A stretch of DNA of 64,000 nt from Oligoflexales bacterium (lineage in GTDB: Bacteria > Bdellovibrionota_B > Oligoflexia > Oligoflexales > JALZUQ01), in NCBI GenBank assembly GCA_023301565.1, contig JALZUO010000028.1:123-64122 (forward strand), read 5' to 3'. Shown in pieces: positions 38,155 through 47,755 of this stretch. Positions within the stretch are counted from its first letter, which is position 1. The number at the start of each line of letters is the position of its first letter. Both the position numbers and the translations under genes were made by a program. The notes under the pieces were generated by a model. That model was not told where the DNA came from. It searched no databases and worked only from the letters and a program-made list of their open reading frames with translations.

Positions 38155-38507
38155 GTTGTTTCTCGTTTCTCTAAGCTTAAAAGTGCAAAAAAATATGCCT
38201 TGTGGGTCGCGGCGAAACCTTGTCGCCGTTTAAACCTTTTCCCTGCTCTTCGTTTCGGGAAAATCGAGTGACATCCTTTGTAAATATGCGTTTGTTAGAT
38301 AAAATCCATAAGAAACAGGTACTTGTATTGGTTTCGTCGACCTATTAGAGATGGTTTCTAGTAGGCAAATAATACTGCCTTGAATTAAGGCGGGCTAGTG
38401 TATAGGTGTTTTATTGACTTCTCTTTAGCCTGGTTCAAGGTTAACCTCGAAGCCTGAGTTTATGCCGTTTTTTGAGGGTGTTTATTCGTTTAGGCAAAAG
38501 GGAGATC

Positions 38508-39254
38508 GTGAAAGTGACCAGCGTAGAAAATGTAAAACGTGTTTTGGTAACGGGAGCTAGCAAAGGTATTGGCTATGCCTGTGCCGAGTGGTTTGCTTCG
38601 CGTGGCCACAAGGTAGCGGTACACTATAGGTCGGGCAAAGATGCGGCAGAAGAGTTTTGTAAACGCTACGACCAGTGCGTTCCATTGGGAGCGGATCTTT
38701 CGGATACGGATGCTCAAAAGAAGTTGGTAGAGGATGTTTGTGAGTCCTTTGGTGGCATCGATATTTTAGTAAACAACGCAGGAATGTCCTTAGATAAAAT
38801 TCTGCTAATGGCTAAACCAGAAGATTTAGACCGTATTCTCAAGGTGAATGTAACGCCTGTGATGCATTTGACTAAACTTGCAACCAAAAAAATGCTCAAA
38901 CAACGCTGGGGTAGGGTGATCCAAGTAAGCTCTGTGGTTGGACACACTGGCAACGCGGGACAAAGCCTATATAGCTTGAGTAAAGGTGCTATTTCGGCCT
39001 TTACAAAAAGCGCGGCCCAAGAGTTGGCAAAAGCAGGGATCACCATCAACTGTGTGGCTCCTGGCTTTATTCAAACAGCGATGACAGATGCATTGTCTGA
39101 TGTGCAGCAAGAAGCGATTCTGACTGGGATTCCGATGAAACGTATTGGGAACCCTTCGGAGGTTGCAGCCTGTGTCGGCTTTCTTGCTTCTGATGGGGCA
39201 AGTTATGTCACAGGATCGACGCTGCATGTAAACGGGGGGATGTATTGCGCATGA
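38508..39254 (+). CDS. fabG: 3-oxoacyl-ACP reductase
   Basis: TGASKGIG, LVNNAG, GNAGQSLYSLSK, VAPGFIQTAMT, YVTGSTLHVNGG. Confidence 0.9.
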   Translation: MKVTSVENVKRVLVTGASKGIGYACAEWFASRGHKVAVHYRSGKDAAEEFCKRYDQCVPLGADLSDTDAQKKLVEDVCESFGGIDILVNNAGMSLDKILLMAKPEDLDRILKVNVTPVMHLTKLATKKMLKQRWGRVIQVSSVVGHTGNAGQSLYSLSKGAISAFTKSAAQELAKAGITINCVAPGFIQTAMTDALSDVQQEAILTGIPMKRIGNPSEVAACVGFLASDGASYVTGSTLHVNGGMYCA

Positions 39255-40261
39255 GTATAAGAATCACAAGTGCGGGGCACCATTACCCAGAGACAGTTTT
39301 GGACAACTCGTTTTTTGAAAGTTTGGATATTGAAACTAATGACGAGTGGATAGCTTCTCGAACAGGTATCCGCGAACGCCGAACCGTTCTTTCACATGAA
39401 GATATCCTTGCGCAGCGGCATGGCAAAATAACTATGGATGAGATTTGCGCTCGCGACAGCTATCCAGGAATAGCTCCTTTTATGAAGCCATCGGTTGATA
39501 TGATGGAGAAACGTACTCCAAGCTTGGATCCTTCGACTTTTACAACTTCTCTTTGCACTACAATCTTTGGCCAAACCCTTGTGCCTGTGAACGCAAATTT
39601 GGTTGCCGATGCCGTCGGTGCCAAAAGTGCAGTAGGCATGGATTATGGCTCAGCTTGTAGTAGTTTTGTAACAGGGATGCGGCTAGCCGCAGGTCTTTTG
39701 TATGTAGACCCCAAAGAAAAGGTTCTTTTGACTCTGGGTGATCGGCTTACGACTATGCTCAACTATGCCGATCGTGGTAGCTGCATTTTGTTTGGTGATA
39801 GCTCCGCTGCTTTTTCTGTGGAGAGAACTACAGACAAACCAGGGCTTGAGCTAGTTGATTCGATGGTTGCCGGAGATGCCGGAAACTGGGCGAAAATTCA
39901 TAAACCTCGCTATGACCATTTCTGGCAAGATGGCAGGTCTGTGCAAAAGTTTGCAGTTCAAAAGACGATTGATATGACACAAAAAATGCTCGAAAAACAT
40001 GGAATGGTCGTATCAGATCTAGACTACTTTGTTGCGCACCAGGCCAATGGGCGCATGCTTGATTTTGTAGAAAAAAGCCTTGAAGTCGCTCCAGAAAAGC
40101 ACCTTCGTAATGTTGATACTCTAGGGAATCAGGGTGGTAGTGGTGCTGCCGTAGCTCTTTCACAGGCTTGGGAACGCTTTAAGCCAGGAGATAAGATCAT
40201 TGTAACTGTGGTAGGGGCTGGGCTTACGTGGGGATCACTGCTGCTGGAATATAAAGCTTAA
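39251..40261 (+). CDS. FabH-family ketoacyl-ACP synthase III, divergent paralog
   Basis: DEWIASRTGIRERR, SACSSF, ILFGD, HQAN, GNQGG, GAGLTWG; overlaps the fabG stop (ATGA). Confidence 0.88.
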   Translation: MSIRITSAGHHYPETVLDNSFFESLDIETNDEWIASRTGIRERRTVLSHEDILAQRHGKITMDEICARDSYPGIAPFMKPSVDMMEKRTPSLDPSTFTTSLCTTIFGQTLVPVNANLVADAVGAKSAVGMDYGSACSSFVTGMRLAAGLLYVDPKEKVLLTLGDRLTTMLNYADRGSCILFGDSSAAFSVERTTDKPGLELVDSMVAGDAGNWAKIHKPRYDHFWQDGRSVQKFAVQKTIDMTQKMLEKHGMVVSDLDYFVAHQANGRMLDFVEKSLEVAPEKHLRNVDTLGNQGGSGAAVALSQAWERFKPGDKIIVTVVGAGLTWGSLLLEYKA

Positions 40262-40277
40262 CTCTGCGTTTAGCCTA

Positions 40278-40327
40278 TTTTAAAAAGCCCCACGCAACGT
40301 GCAAAAGCGCTGCGGGGGATTTTTAAA
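40278..40327. terminator. Bidirectional terminator
   Basis: TTTTAAAAAGCCCCACGCA...TGCGGGGGATTTTTAAA between convergent genes. Confidence 0.65.
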
Positions 40328-40347
40328 GAACAGTATTTGAATGCTCG

Positions 40348-41517
40348 CTAGCCTTCGTCAGAGGCATCATCCAGTGGAAGATCAAACAGACTTGTCACAA
40401 AGTCAGCCAACATATCAATCATTCCATCACTTAGACCTGCTACCTCTTCGATGAGTTCAGCCGTGTCGTTGTCGCCACCTTCAGCAAAGGCTGTGATCCT
40501 ACGAGCACCCTCTCCCATGATTCCATGTACAAAACCGTTGCTAGAATAAAAAGTCGATGCCACGCTAAAGTTTAAGCCTTCTTGAAGGAGGCCACGCTGC
40601 TCGTCTACTACCGGAAGACTTGCAAGGTAAGCACCTAGCAAAAAGTTTTTTACGTATTGATCGATAAAACCTGTGTCTATGTCTGGGTCTTTGGCTAGCT
40701 CTTTATCCAATAGTGTTTTGTCTAGTTCGACGCCGGCTAGAGGCGCTTGGTCAAAAATATTCAACGAGGCGTATATATGAACAAATAGGCGTAACCACAT
40801 TCCTCCCTTGCCTTTATCCTCTTCTATAGCGAACTTTCTAGTGTTATCTAGAACAGTTGCAAAAGCAGTCAAAACTTGGTTTTTTGTTTTAGCTTCGGCC
40901 AGTGCAGCTGTAAACTTTTTCGCTTCAGCAATTAGCTTAAGCTCAATATCGTCTGCGTCGGGGTCGACTTTTTGCCCATCAATATATGCATCGAGCAGGC
41001 CGCCGACAATATTAGCCGCAACTAAGATGTCAAAACCGATGTGAAGCTGTGTTGAAATGCTGTGACTATCTGCGGCATCTTTTTTTAGATCCATGCTAAA
41101 GCCAAAAGTCGTATCTTTGCCTTCATTGCCTGGTTTTTGCAGGATAGAGCCGTCCAGCTCAACGTTGAACTCTATGTTTAAAGCTCTTTTTTCTAGGTCA
41201 AGGCTTTTAAACTCAAACTGAATAGGCGCAGAACCGTCTTCTTTTATTTTGAGTTGTGGGATCGTTGGAAGCTCAATGGCATCCATGTCTTTTTTTGCTC
41301 TTTTTTCGTTGATCGCTTTTTCTTTGATTGCGATGCTTTCGTTTTGAAGCTCGATGCTTTTGGATATTTTTTTAACGAGCTCTGGGATCACCTCTTCTTT
41401 GAGCTTTTTGTTTAAGGTTTCAATCTCATCGGTTGTTTTAACTTCTGCAGAAAGCGTTCCTGCAAACAGTGCTGTGAACATCATAAAAGTCAGTGAAGGT
41501 AATAGCTTTATAAGCAT
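40348..41517 (-). CDS. Hypothetical acidic secreted protein
   Basis: RBS AAGGAG; signal peptide (LSA-E); 389-aa ORF; no recognised family. Confidence 0.75.
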   Translation of the reverse strand: MLIKLLPSLTFMMFTALFAGTLSAEVKTTDEIETLNKKLKEEVIPELVKKISKSIELQNESIAIKEKAINEKRAKKDMDAIELPTIPQLKIKEDGSAPIQFEFKSLDLEKRALNIEFNVELDGSILQKPGNEGKDTTFGFSMDLKKDAADSHSISTQLHIGFDILVAANIVGGLLDAYIDGQKVDPDADDIELKLIAEAKKFTAALAEAKTKNQVLTAFATVLDNTRKFAIEEDKGKGGMWLRLFVHIYASLNIFDQAPLAGVELDKTLLDKELAKDPDIDTGFIDQYVKNFLLGAYLASLPVVDEQRGLLQEGLNFSVASTFYSSNGFVHGIMGEGARRITAFAEGGDNDTAELIEEVAGLSDGMIDMLADFVTSLFDLPLDDASDEG

Positions 41518-41647
41518 CAGTAGTCTCCTTAGCTGGGCGCTCGGGGCGCCTATGTGTGATTTTAGATAGTCAGGGTATAGAACGGAAGCCCTTGGGCCAC
41601 AAATGATTTCTCGAGTTCTGTGGCGCTGCGAAGGCTAAATATATAGC

Positions 41648-41694
41648 CACCTCTAAAAGCTTTTGCAGTAAGCTTTTTAGAGGTGCTTTTTTTT
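41648..41694. terminator. Terminator hairpin downstream of purA
   Basis: CACCTCTAAAAGCTT...AAGCTTTTTAGAGGTG followed by a T-tract. Confidence 0.7.
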
Positions 41695-41727
41695 ATGGCG
41701 TTTAAATTATAGGCGACCTAAGCCTGG

Positions 41728-43074
41728 CTAAACAAAAGAACTACGGTCTACCCCAAAGCCAATACGGTCAATTTTTTGATCCAAAAACTTTTCTATATAT
41801 GCCAGGTAAGACCTGGTTTCATCCGAAAAATCATCGGCAGTTGCGATGTTGGGTTTCTCGGAAAGCTTTTTCCACCCACTTAGCTCGTGGTAGTTAGGCT
41901 CGGCCTCACAAGCTTCCATCCACGGGCTTGCGTCATTATCCGCGCTTTTTTTATAGGAAGTGCATATTTTTAAGGTGTCGAGGCCAGAGAGAACATCAAG
42001 CTTGTTGATGATTAGTTTGTTGATGCCACACACGTCAACGGCATACTTGAGAGCAACAAGGTCTAGCCATCCGCAGCGTCGCGGCCGGCCAGTAGTTGCA
42101 CCTTTTTCGTGGCCAACATCTGCCAGGTGTTTTCCGCTTGCATCGTTTAGTTCTGTAGGAAACGGACCTTCGCCCACGCGGGTTGCGTATGCTTTTGCAA
42201 TCCCGTAAATATCGCGTATCCATCGCGGGCTAATACCGAGAGAAGCACAAGCACCCCCAGCAATAGTATTGCTGCTGGTTACAAAAGGGTAGCTTCCATG
42301 ATCTACATCTAAAAGAGCTCCCTGAGCCCCTTCAATTAGAATGCTTTTACCAGCCACAGCCCACTTGCGTAGCCTCGCCTCGGCATCGCAAACTTGTTTT
42401 GCAATCTGCGTACATGCTTTATCAAAGGCTTTCCACTCTTCTGAGTTGGTCTCTAAAAAATCCGAGAATTTTGGCTCGAGCATCGACATCTGTTTTTTCC
42501 AGGTTGCCATGCGTTCTGGGGATTTACAGAAAGACGCACGCAGACCTATTCGGCGAGCACGGTCCGAGTAAGTTGGCCCAATGCCACGTTTTGTGGTTCC
42601 TATTGGTTTGTCACGTCTACCTTCAAACTCTTGGTCTAAGTGGATATGCCACGGAGTAATCAGATGTGCCCTGCCTGATACCCAAAGGTTTTTGGCTTCA
42701 AACCCGGAAGAACATGCGTTTTTCAGCTCTTCTTGCAGTACGACTGGATTTACGACAACCCCTGCGCCAATCATACAGGCCTTGTTGCGAAATACCCCAC
42801 TTGGCAGTAAGTGCAGTACTTTTTTTTCTCCGTTTACATAAATCGTGTGGCCAGCGTTGTTTCCACCTTGATAGCGGACAATCAGGTCTGATTTTTCACT
42901 GAGTATATCTACCCATTTACCTTTTCCTTCATCGCCCCATTGGGCACCAATAAGAATGTCTATATTCTTGGAATCGTTTGTACTGGTCACGGGCACAACT
43001 CCTTTTGCAGGGTTTTGGTTTTGCGGGCCTTGGATTGCTTTAACGTTCTCAAGGTTGCTACCTAGTGTAATCAA
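41728..43074 (-). CDS. purA: Adenylosuccinate synthetase (start uncertain)
   Basis: GAQWGDEGKGK, QGGNNAGHT, IGTTKRGIGP, EGAQG, GATTGRPRRCGWLD. Confidence 0.97.
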   Translation of the reverse strand: MITLGSNLENVKAIQGPQNQNPAKGVVPVTSTNDSKNIDILIGAQWGDEGKGKWVDILSEKSDLIVRYQGGNNAGHTIYVNGEKKVLHLLPSGVFRNKACMIGAGVVVNPVVLQEELKNACSSGFEAKNLWVSGRAHLITPWHIHLDQEFEGRRDKPIGTTKRGIGPTYSDRARRIGLRASFCKSPERMATWKKQMSMLEPKFSDFLETNSEEWKAFDKACTQIAKQVCDAEARLRKWAVAGKSILIEGAQGALLDVDHGSYPFVTSSNTIAGGACASLGISPRWIRDIYGIAKAYATRVGEGPFPTELNDASGKHLADVGHEKGATTGRPRRCGWLDLVALKYAVDVCGINKLIINKLDVLSGLDTLKICTSYKKSADNDASPWMEACEAEPNYHELSGWKKLSEKPNIATADDFSDETRSYLAYIEKFLDQKIDRIGFGVDRSSFV

Positions 43075-43302
43075 GTTACTACAGTCGCATTCTAGGAATA
43101 AATCCCTAGAAGGTCACGCTATCGTTTTTAAAAAAGCTTAGCTTCTCTGCAGCAATAAAAGTGCTGTTTCCGGCGCCAATGTTCGTTGTGACCGTGCCTG
43201 TGACTAGCCGTTCCAGAGGGTATATCAGTAATATCGGTACCTTAGATAAAAAAAGGGGTGATTTTACTTTGCCTGGTCAGGAACCGTTCAAAGGCTTGGG
43301 TG

Positions 43303-43986
43303 TTAAAATGGGTCAAACAAGGTCCAACGCTTGGTTCTTGGGTTGAACACTATATTGTCGGATTTAAAGATTACTTTTTGAGGTAACCTGAATTCTTTTG
43401 GCAGAAGGTTGGGAACAGGAAGATCGAAAACGTAGGTGCCGTCCAAGGTTCGTGATCGATAAAACTGTTTGCCGGAAATCACTTTAACCTTGCAGCTATG
43501 TCGCTCGCAGATATCCTCAGCTAGTTTTCGAAACGTCTCGTTAAAGCTACTCTGCATCTTTTGCTTCTGAACAGACCCATCACCTAGACCTAAGAGATAG
43601 TCGTGGGCAGTTCGGGGTTTGACATAGTCCATAAAGACCGTCCGCGGCATACTTTGCGAATAAGCACGGCTAACTATATCCACTTTCATTTCTGAAAATA
43701 TATCCTCAAACTCTGCAAGCCACTCAAACCGGGCCTTATCAGCTATATATTTGCTGTCGGTCAAATATGTTTTGGCGACGTACTCGTCTCCATGCTCACC
43801 TTTAAGCTTCGTCACGATAGAATTAAGATCTTCAGAAAGCACTTCGACGTTTGAAAAACTCTTTTTTGTACCACCAAAGAAATGAGCTGCTAGAGCCTCT
43901 AGGCGCTTGCAAGCTTGTACTTGCTCTGCCGGTGAAAACAAAAGCAACACGATAAAAGTAAAAAGAAGCATTAAGAGTTGGTTCAT
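43303..43986 (-). CDS. Secreted protein-kinase-like (possible pseudokinase) protein
   Basis: Signal peptide (VQA-C); YVAKTY (beta3 Lys), FMDYV (hinge), FKSDNIVF (catalytic loop-like), WTLFDPF (DFG-like). Confidence 0.6.
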   Translation of the reverse strand: MNQLLMLLFTFIVLLLFSPAEQVQACKRLEALAAHFFGGTKKSFSNVEVLSEDLNSIVTKLKGEHGDEYVAKTYLTDSKYIADKARFEWLAEFEDIFSEMKVDIVSRAYSQSMPRTVFMDYVKPRTAHDYLLGLGDGSVQKQKMQSSFNETFRKLAEDICERHSCKVKVISGKQFYRSRTLDGTYVFDLPVPNLLPKEFRLPQKVIFKSDNIVFNPRTKRWTLFDPF

Positions 43987-44230
43987 AAAAAAGCGCTCCC
44001 AGGCTGCGTTTGGACGCATTGTCGCAAATTTAAAATGAATTTACGTAGCTACTATAGCATGAGGGCATAGTTGAGATGGCTCCTCTCGGTTTGTACTTTC
44101 GATCTTAGAAATCCTCGCCTAAGCAAGCATGGTAGGTGCTAAACGCTTGTAGGCTCCACGCTGCAATAAAATGCTGCTTCTGACGCCAATTTTTACTATG
44201 ATCTGAACCCTAAGCAATCGGAGAGTACTT

Positions 44231-45649
44231 ATGCCAAACGACGATCGGCCAAACACTCTAGCAATTAGCCCTTTGGACGGAAGATACCAAAGTAAAGTCA
44301 GTGGCTTATCTAGAATCGCCTCTGAAGGCGGGTTGATACTGTTTCGACTTCTAACCGAAGTCCTCTGGCTTAAACACCTGGGAGAGAGTCTCTTGGTCCC
44401 GTTTGAACTCAGTCAACCTGCAAAAAAAACTCTGAACACCCTACAAAGGAAACTGCAGCCTCTGGACTGGCAAAAGTGCGAGACAGACTACCTTGTTTGG
44501 ATCAATGCGGTTAAAAGCATTGAAAAAGTAACGAACCATGACGTCAAAGCTGTGGAATATTTTTTACGCGACACTCTAAAAGAAGCAGGTGCAAACTCTA
44601 AAGACTTAGCAATGATCCACTTTGGCTGCACTTCGGCAGACATTAACTCTACAAGTTACGCTATGATGCTCGGAGCTATACACGGTAGTTTTTCCAAGCT
44701 GGTAGCAAAGATTAGCTCCGAGTTAGCCAAAAAATCTAGGCAGTGGGCAGGCGAACCACTTTTAGCTCTTACGCACGGGCAGCCAGCCTCACCAACCACT
44801 TTAGGTAAAGAACTAGCTGTTTTTCTTGTACGCATAAGGCGCCTGCAGTTTTCGGCCCCTATCTTTTTAAGCGCTAAAATGAGTGGTGCGGTTGGTGGCT
44901 TTCATGCGCATGTCGCTGGCTTTCCTGGTGTAGATTGGCCGAGGGTTCAAAAAGATTTTTTTGCCCCGCTTGGAATTACGCCAGCAGCGCTAACCACGCA
45001 AATAGACTCTCATGACTGTATAGCTGAGTACTTATATAAAGTTGCAATGCTCAACCAGGTTCTTTTAGGTCTTTGCAGGGACTCGTGGCTTTATATCAGC
45101 CGTGGTGTTTTCAAGCTTAAAAAAGTAGATGGGGAAGTTGGCTCTTCGACCATGCCGCACAAGGTAAACCCGATTGACTTTGAAAACGCGGAAGGCAACC
45201 TACAGATAGGCACAGATCTATGCCAGGTGCTTGCCCGAAAGCTGACCGTTTCCAGGCTTCAAAGGGACCTTAGTGACTCTACTGCTTTACGTTCGCTTGG
45301 GTCAACACTAGGCTATTCAATGATTGCTCTGCAGGCCTTGCATAAAGGTTTGCAAAAGCTCGACTTCAACCAGAGTGCAGCAGCAGAAGAGCTTGCTGAG
45401 GTTCCAGAAGTTTTAACTGAAGGCGTGCAATCAGCGCTAAGGGCGAATGGTGTCGCAGATGCTTACGAGCAGCTTAAGGAGATTTCTCGGGGCGCACCGC
45501 TTAGTTTGCTGCAGCTTCGAGGGTTTGTAGAAGAGCATTCAGATTTAACGGCAGAACAAAAAAAGTATTGGTCCGAGATGACTCCCGCAGAGTACGTAGG
45601 AAAGTCAGAAGAAATCACGCGTGATTTTCTTCGCACTGAATGCTCTTGA
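44231..45649 (+). CDS. purB: Adenylosuccinate lyase
   Basis: ISPLDGRY, TNHDVKAVEY, HFGCTS, THGQPASPTT, GSSTMPHKVNPIDFEN. Confidence 0.97.
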   Translation: MPNDDRPNTLAISPLDGRYQSKVSGLSRIASEGGLILFRLLTEVLWLKHLGESLLVPFELSQPAKKTLNTLQRKLQPLDWQKCETDYLVWINAVKSIEKVTNHDVKAVEYFLRDTLKEAGANSKDLAMIHFGCTSADINSTSYAMMLGAIHGSFSKLVAKISSELAKKSRQWAGEPLLALTHGQPASPTTLGKELAVFLVRIRRLQFSAPIFLSAKMSGAVGGFHAHVAGFPGVDWPRVQKDFFAPLGITPAALTTQIDSHDCIAEYLYKVAMLNQVLLGLCRDSWLYISRGVFKLKKVDGEVGSSTMPHKVNPIDFENAEGNLQIGTDLCQVLARKLTVSRLQRDLSDSTALRSLGSTLGYSMIALQALHKGLQKLDFNQSAAAEELAEVPEVLTEGVQSALRANGVADAYEQLKEISRGAPLSLLQLRGFVEEHSDLTAEQKKYWSEMTPAEYVGKSEEITRDFLRTECS

Positions 45650-45712
45650 TTGGGTGGACAAATCGTAAATACGAACTTCGAAGCTAAAAAAGATTAAAAT
45701 AAGGTAAAAACA

Positions 45713-46744
45713 ATGGCAACACCTAACCAATTGACTTTAGACGAGTTGGCCCAAAAATTTAGTGCTAAGCTTAGGTTCCCTAACTCGGTAGAAGTGTCAG
45801 CTAAAGATAAATGTATAGATGGTGTAAACAACCTGGCCAGTGCCGGGGCCTGTGATGCTAGCGTATGGAAAGACCCGAGGTACCGCAAACAGTTTTCCGA
45901 AACCAAAGCCGGTGTGGTCTTTGTTAAAGAGTTTCAAGAAGACATTTCTGTAGCGCAGCTTGTACACCCGCATCCAGACGTGGCCTTTGTAAGTCTAATT
46001 CAGTACCTAAACCCAAGCGCTGTAGCCAAACCAGCTCAGAGCACACAAGCCTTTATTGCAGGCACGGCAACGGTGGACCCGGCAGCAGAGGTGCAGGCCG
46101 GCGCCTATATTGGCGAAGGTGCTGTGGTAGAGGCTGGCGCCATCCTGCATGCAGGTAGCTATGTTGGCTCAAATGCAAAAGTAGGTAAGGGCACGGTGCT
46201 ACATGCAAATGCAGTTTTAGAGGCAGGCTGTGTTACAGGAAAAAACTGCATTTTGTTCGCCGGTGCGGTGGTCGGCGCAGACGGTTTTGGTTATGTTGGC
46301 GAGGCACCTGGTCAAAACCCCGAACATCCAGCTGGAAGAATCCTAAAGGTGCCGCAGATTGGCAATGTGGTCCTTGGCGACAGGGTGGAAATAGGCGCAA
46401 CGACAACGGTTGATCGCGCAGCTTTTGGCTCTACTATTTTAGGAAATGACGTGAAACTCGATTGCAAGGTACAGGTAGGACACAACTGTGAGATTGGCGC
46501 ATGCACGGTAATCTCAGGTATGACTGCTATTGCCGGTTCTGCAAAAATAGGACGTTGGTGTTTGATTGGCGGCGTTGTCGCCATCAAAGGGCATACGGTG
46601 ATGACAGACGGCGTGCAGATTGCCGCATGCTCCGTGGTAGGGCGCAGCGTCCGGGAAGCCGGGCAGTATGGTGGCGACCCTATTGTACCCATAGATGTGT
46701 GGCGGAGAAACAAACTAAAGCAGGCTAGGGAAATGCGGCGGTGA
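45713..46744 (+). CDS. lpxD: UDP-3-O-(3-hydroxyacyl)glucosamine N-acyltransferase
   Basis: Hexapeptide repeats, GADGFGY, KVPQIGNV, EIGATTTVDR, VQVGHNC. Confidence 0.95.
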   Translation: MATPNQLTLDELAQKFSAKLRFPNSVEVSAKDKCIDGVNNLASAGACDASVWKDPRYRKQFSETKAGVVFVKEFQEDISVAQLVHPHPDVAFVSLIQYLNPSAVAKPAQSTQAFIAGTATVDPAAEVQAGAYIGEGAVVEAGAILHAGSYVGSNAKVGKGTVLHANAVLEAGCVTGKNCILFAGAVVGADGFGYVGEAPGQNPEHPAGRILKVPQIGNVVLGDRVEIGATTTVDRAAFGSTILGNDVKLDCKVQVGHNCEIGACTVISGMTAIAGSAKIGRWCLIGGVVAIKGHTVMTDGVQIAACSVVGRSVREAGQYGGDPIVPIDVWRRNKLKQAREMRR

Positions 46745-46981
46745 AAGTGGGGCTGCAAGATCCGTCTCAGAAGTGCTTCCGTTTTGAATAGAGACTAAAT
46801 GAATGATTCAGTTTTTCCATTTTCTACAAAATGTAGCAAAGCTTTAAAGTACTCGATTTTCTTATACCTACTTAAAAACAAACAATACTTTATCTTGGCT
46901 GGACCTAATACTTACTGAGCAGCCCTGAATAAAGCGCTGTAGGCGTCGCACCAACTTTTACAGCAGGGGTAGGTATAAAGT

Positions 46982-47215
46982 CTAAAGCCTGACCGTTCCA
47001 TCACCTGAAGTAGTCTCGCTACTTGCGATAGGCTCTACCTTTTCGAATGCATTGCTAGTGTCGTATACGGGTTTAGGTATAAAGGGGTCTTGGGGATATT
47101 CGTAGTCTGTGGATTGCCAGAAGAAAGCGCTGATTAAAAGTGCTACAAAAAAATACAGCAAGAGCTTGCCCTGACGGGTGTGAAGCTCTTGCTGGTTTTG
47201 TATACGCCTGTGCAT
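46982..47215 (-). CDS. Small single-TM hypothetical protein
   Basis: AAGGA upstream; one hydrophobic helix; follows rpmG on the same strand. Confidence 0.55.
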   Translation of the reverse strand: MHRRIQNQQELHTRQGKLLLYFFVALLISAFFWQSTDYEYPQDPFIPKPVYDTSNAFEKVEPIASSETTSGDGTVRL

Positions 47216-47304
47216 CTCTTGGGTTCCTTATTGTTAGTAAGTTACCCCTTCTTTTAGCAAAAGCCAAATTAGAAGACATTAAGACGCGGAAGAAGAAAAA
47301 GTGA

Positions 47305-47484
47305 TTACTTCTTCTTACTTTTGTTGATTTTTACTTCTTTGAACTCAACGTGCTTTTTTACGACTGGGTCATATTTTTTGACACGTACTTTGTCGCAGTT
47401 TTTTCCGCGAGTGGTTGTGTAAAAAAAGCCTGTTCCAGCAGTAGATTCAAGCCTGATTTTCTCACGAGTGACTTTTTTTGCCAT
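47305..47484 (-). CDS. rpmG: 50S ribosomal protein L33 (no CxxC zinc motifs)
   Basis: Hand translation [59 protein letters not shown] (59 aa, below the track cut-off); RBS AAGGA. Confidence 0.95.
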   Translation of the reverse strand: MAKKVTREKIRLESTAGTGFFYTTTRGKNCDKVRVKKYDPVVKKHVEFKEVKINKSKKK

Positions 47485-47755
47485 CTCTTTTTCCTTACTT
47501 GGTTTTGCCTTTACTCAAAAAGAAGCTGCCTATGCACCCGCTTTTGAAGGCTGATTCGAATTCTAGGTGCTTTCAATGCACCCAAATACACCTTAAGCCC
47601 CCAAAATTACACCTACCTATAGGGGAATGCAAGTGGCTGGCATCAAGGGTCTCGAAGATTTTGCTTTGTTTGCATAAAAAACTTGCAGTTTCAATCCAAT
47701 CTACGAGGGAGAGCCTGATAAGATATTGTTATTGCGGATAACTTTGGAGCAGCTT

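Noticed and set aside
47350-47741. Plus-strand ORFs of 65 and 87 aa
   Set aside because: Antisense shadows of rpmG and its promoter region.
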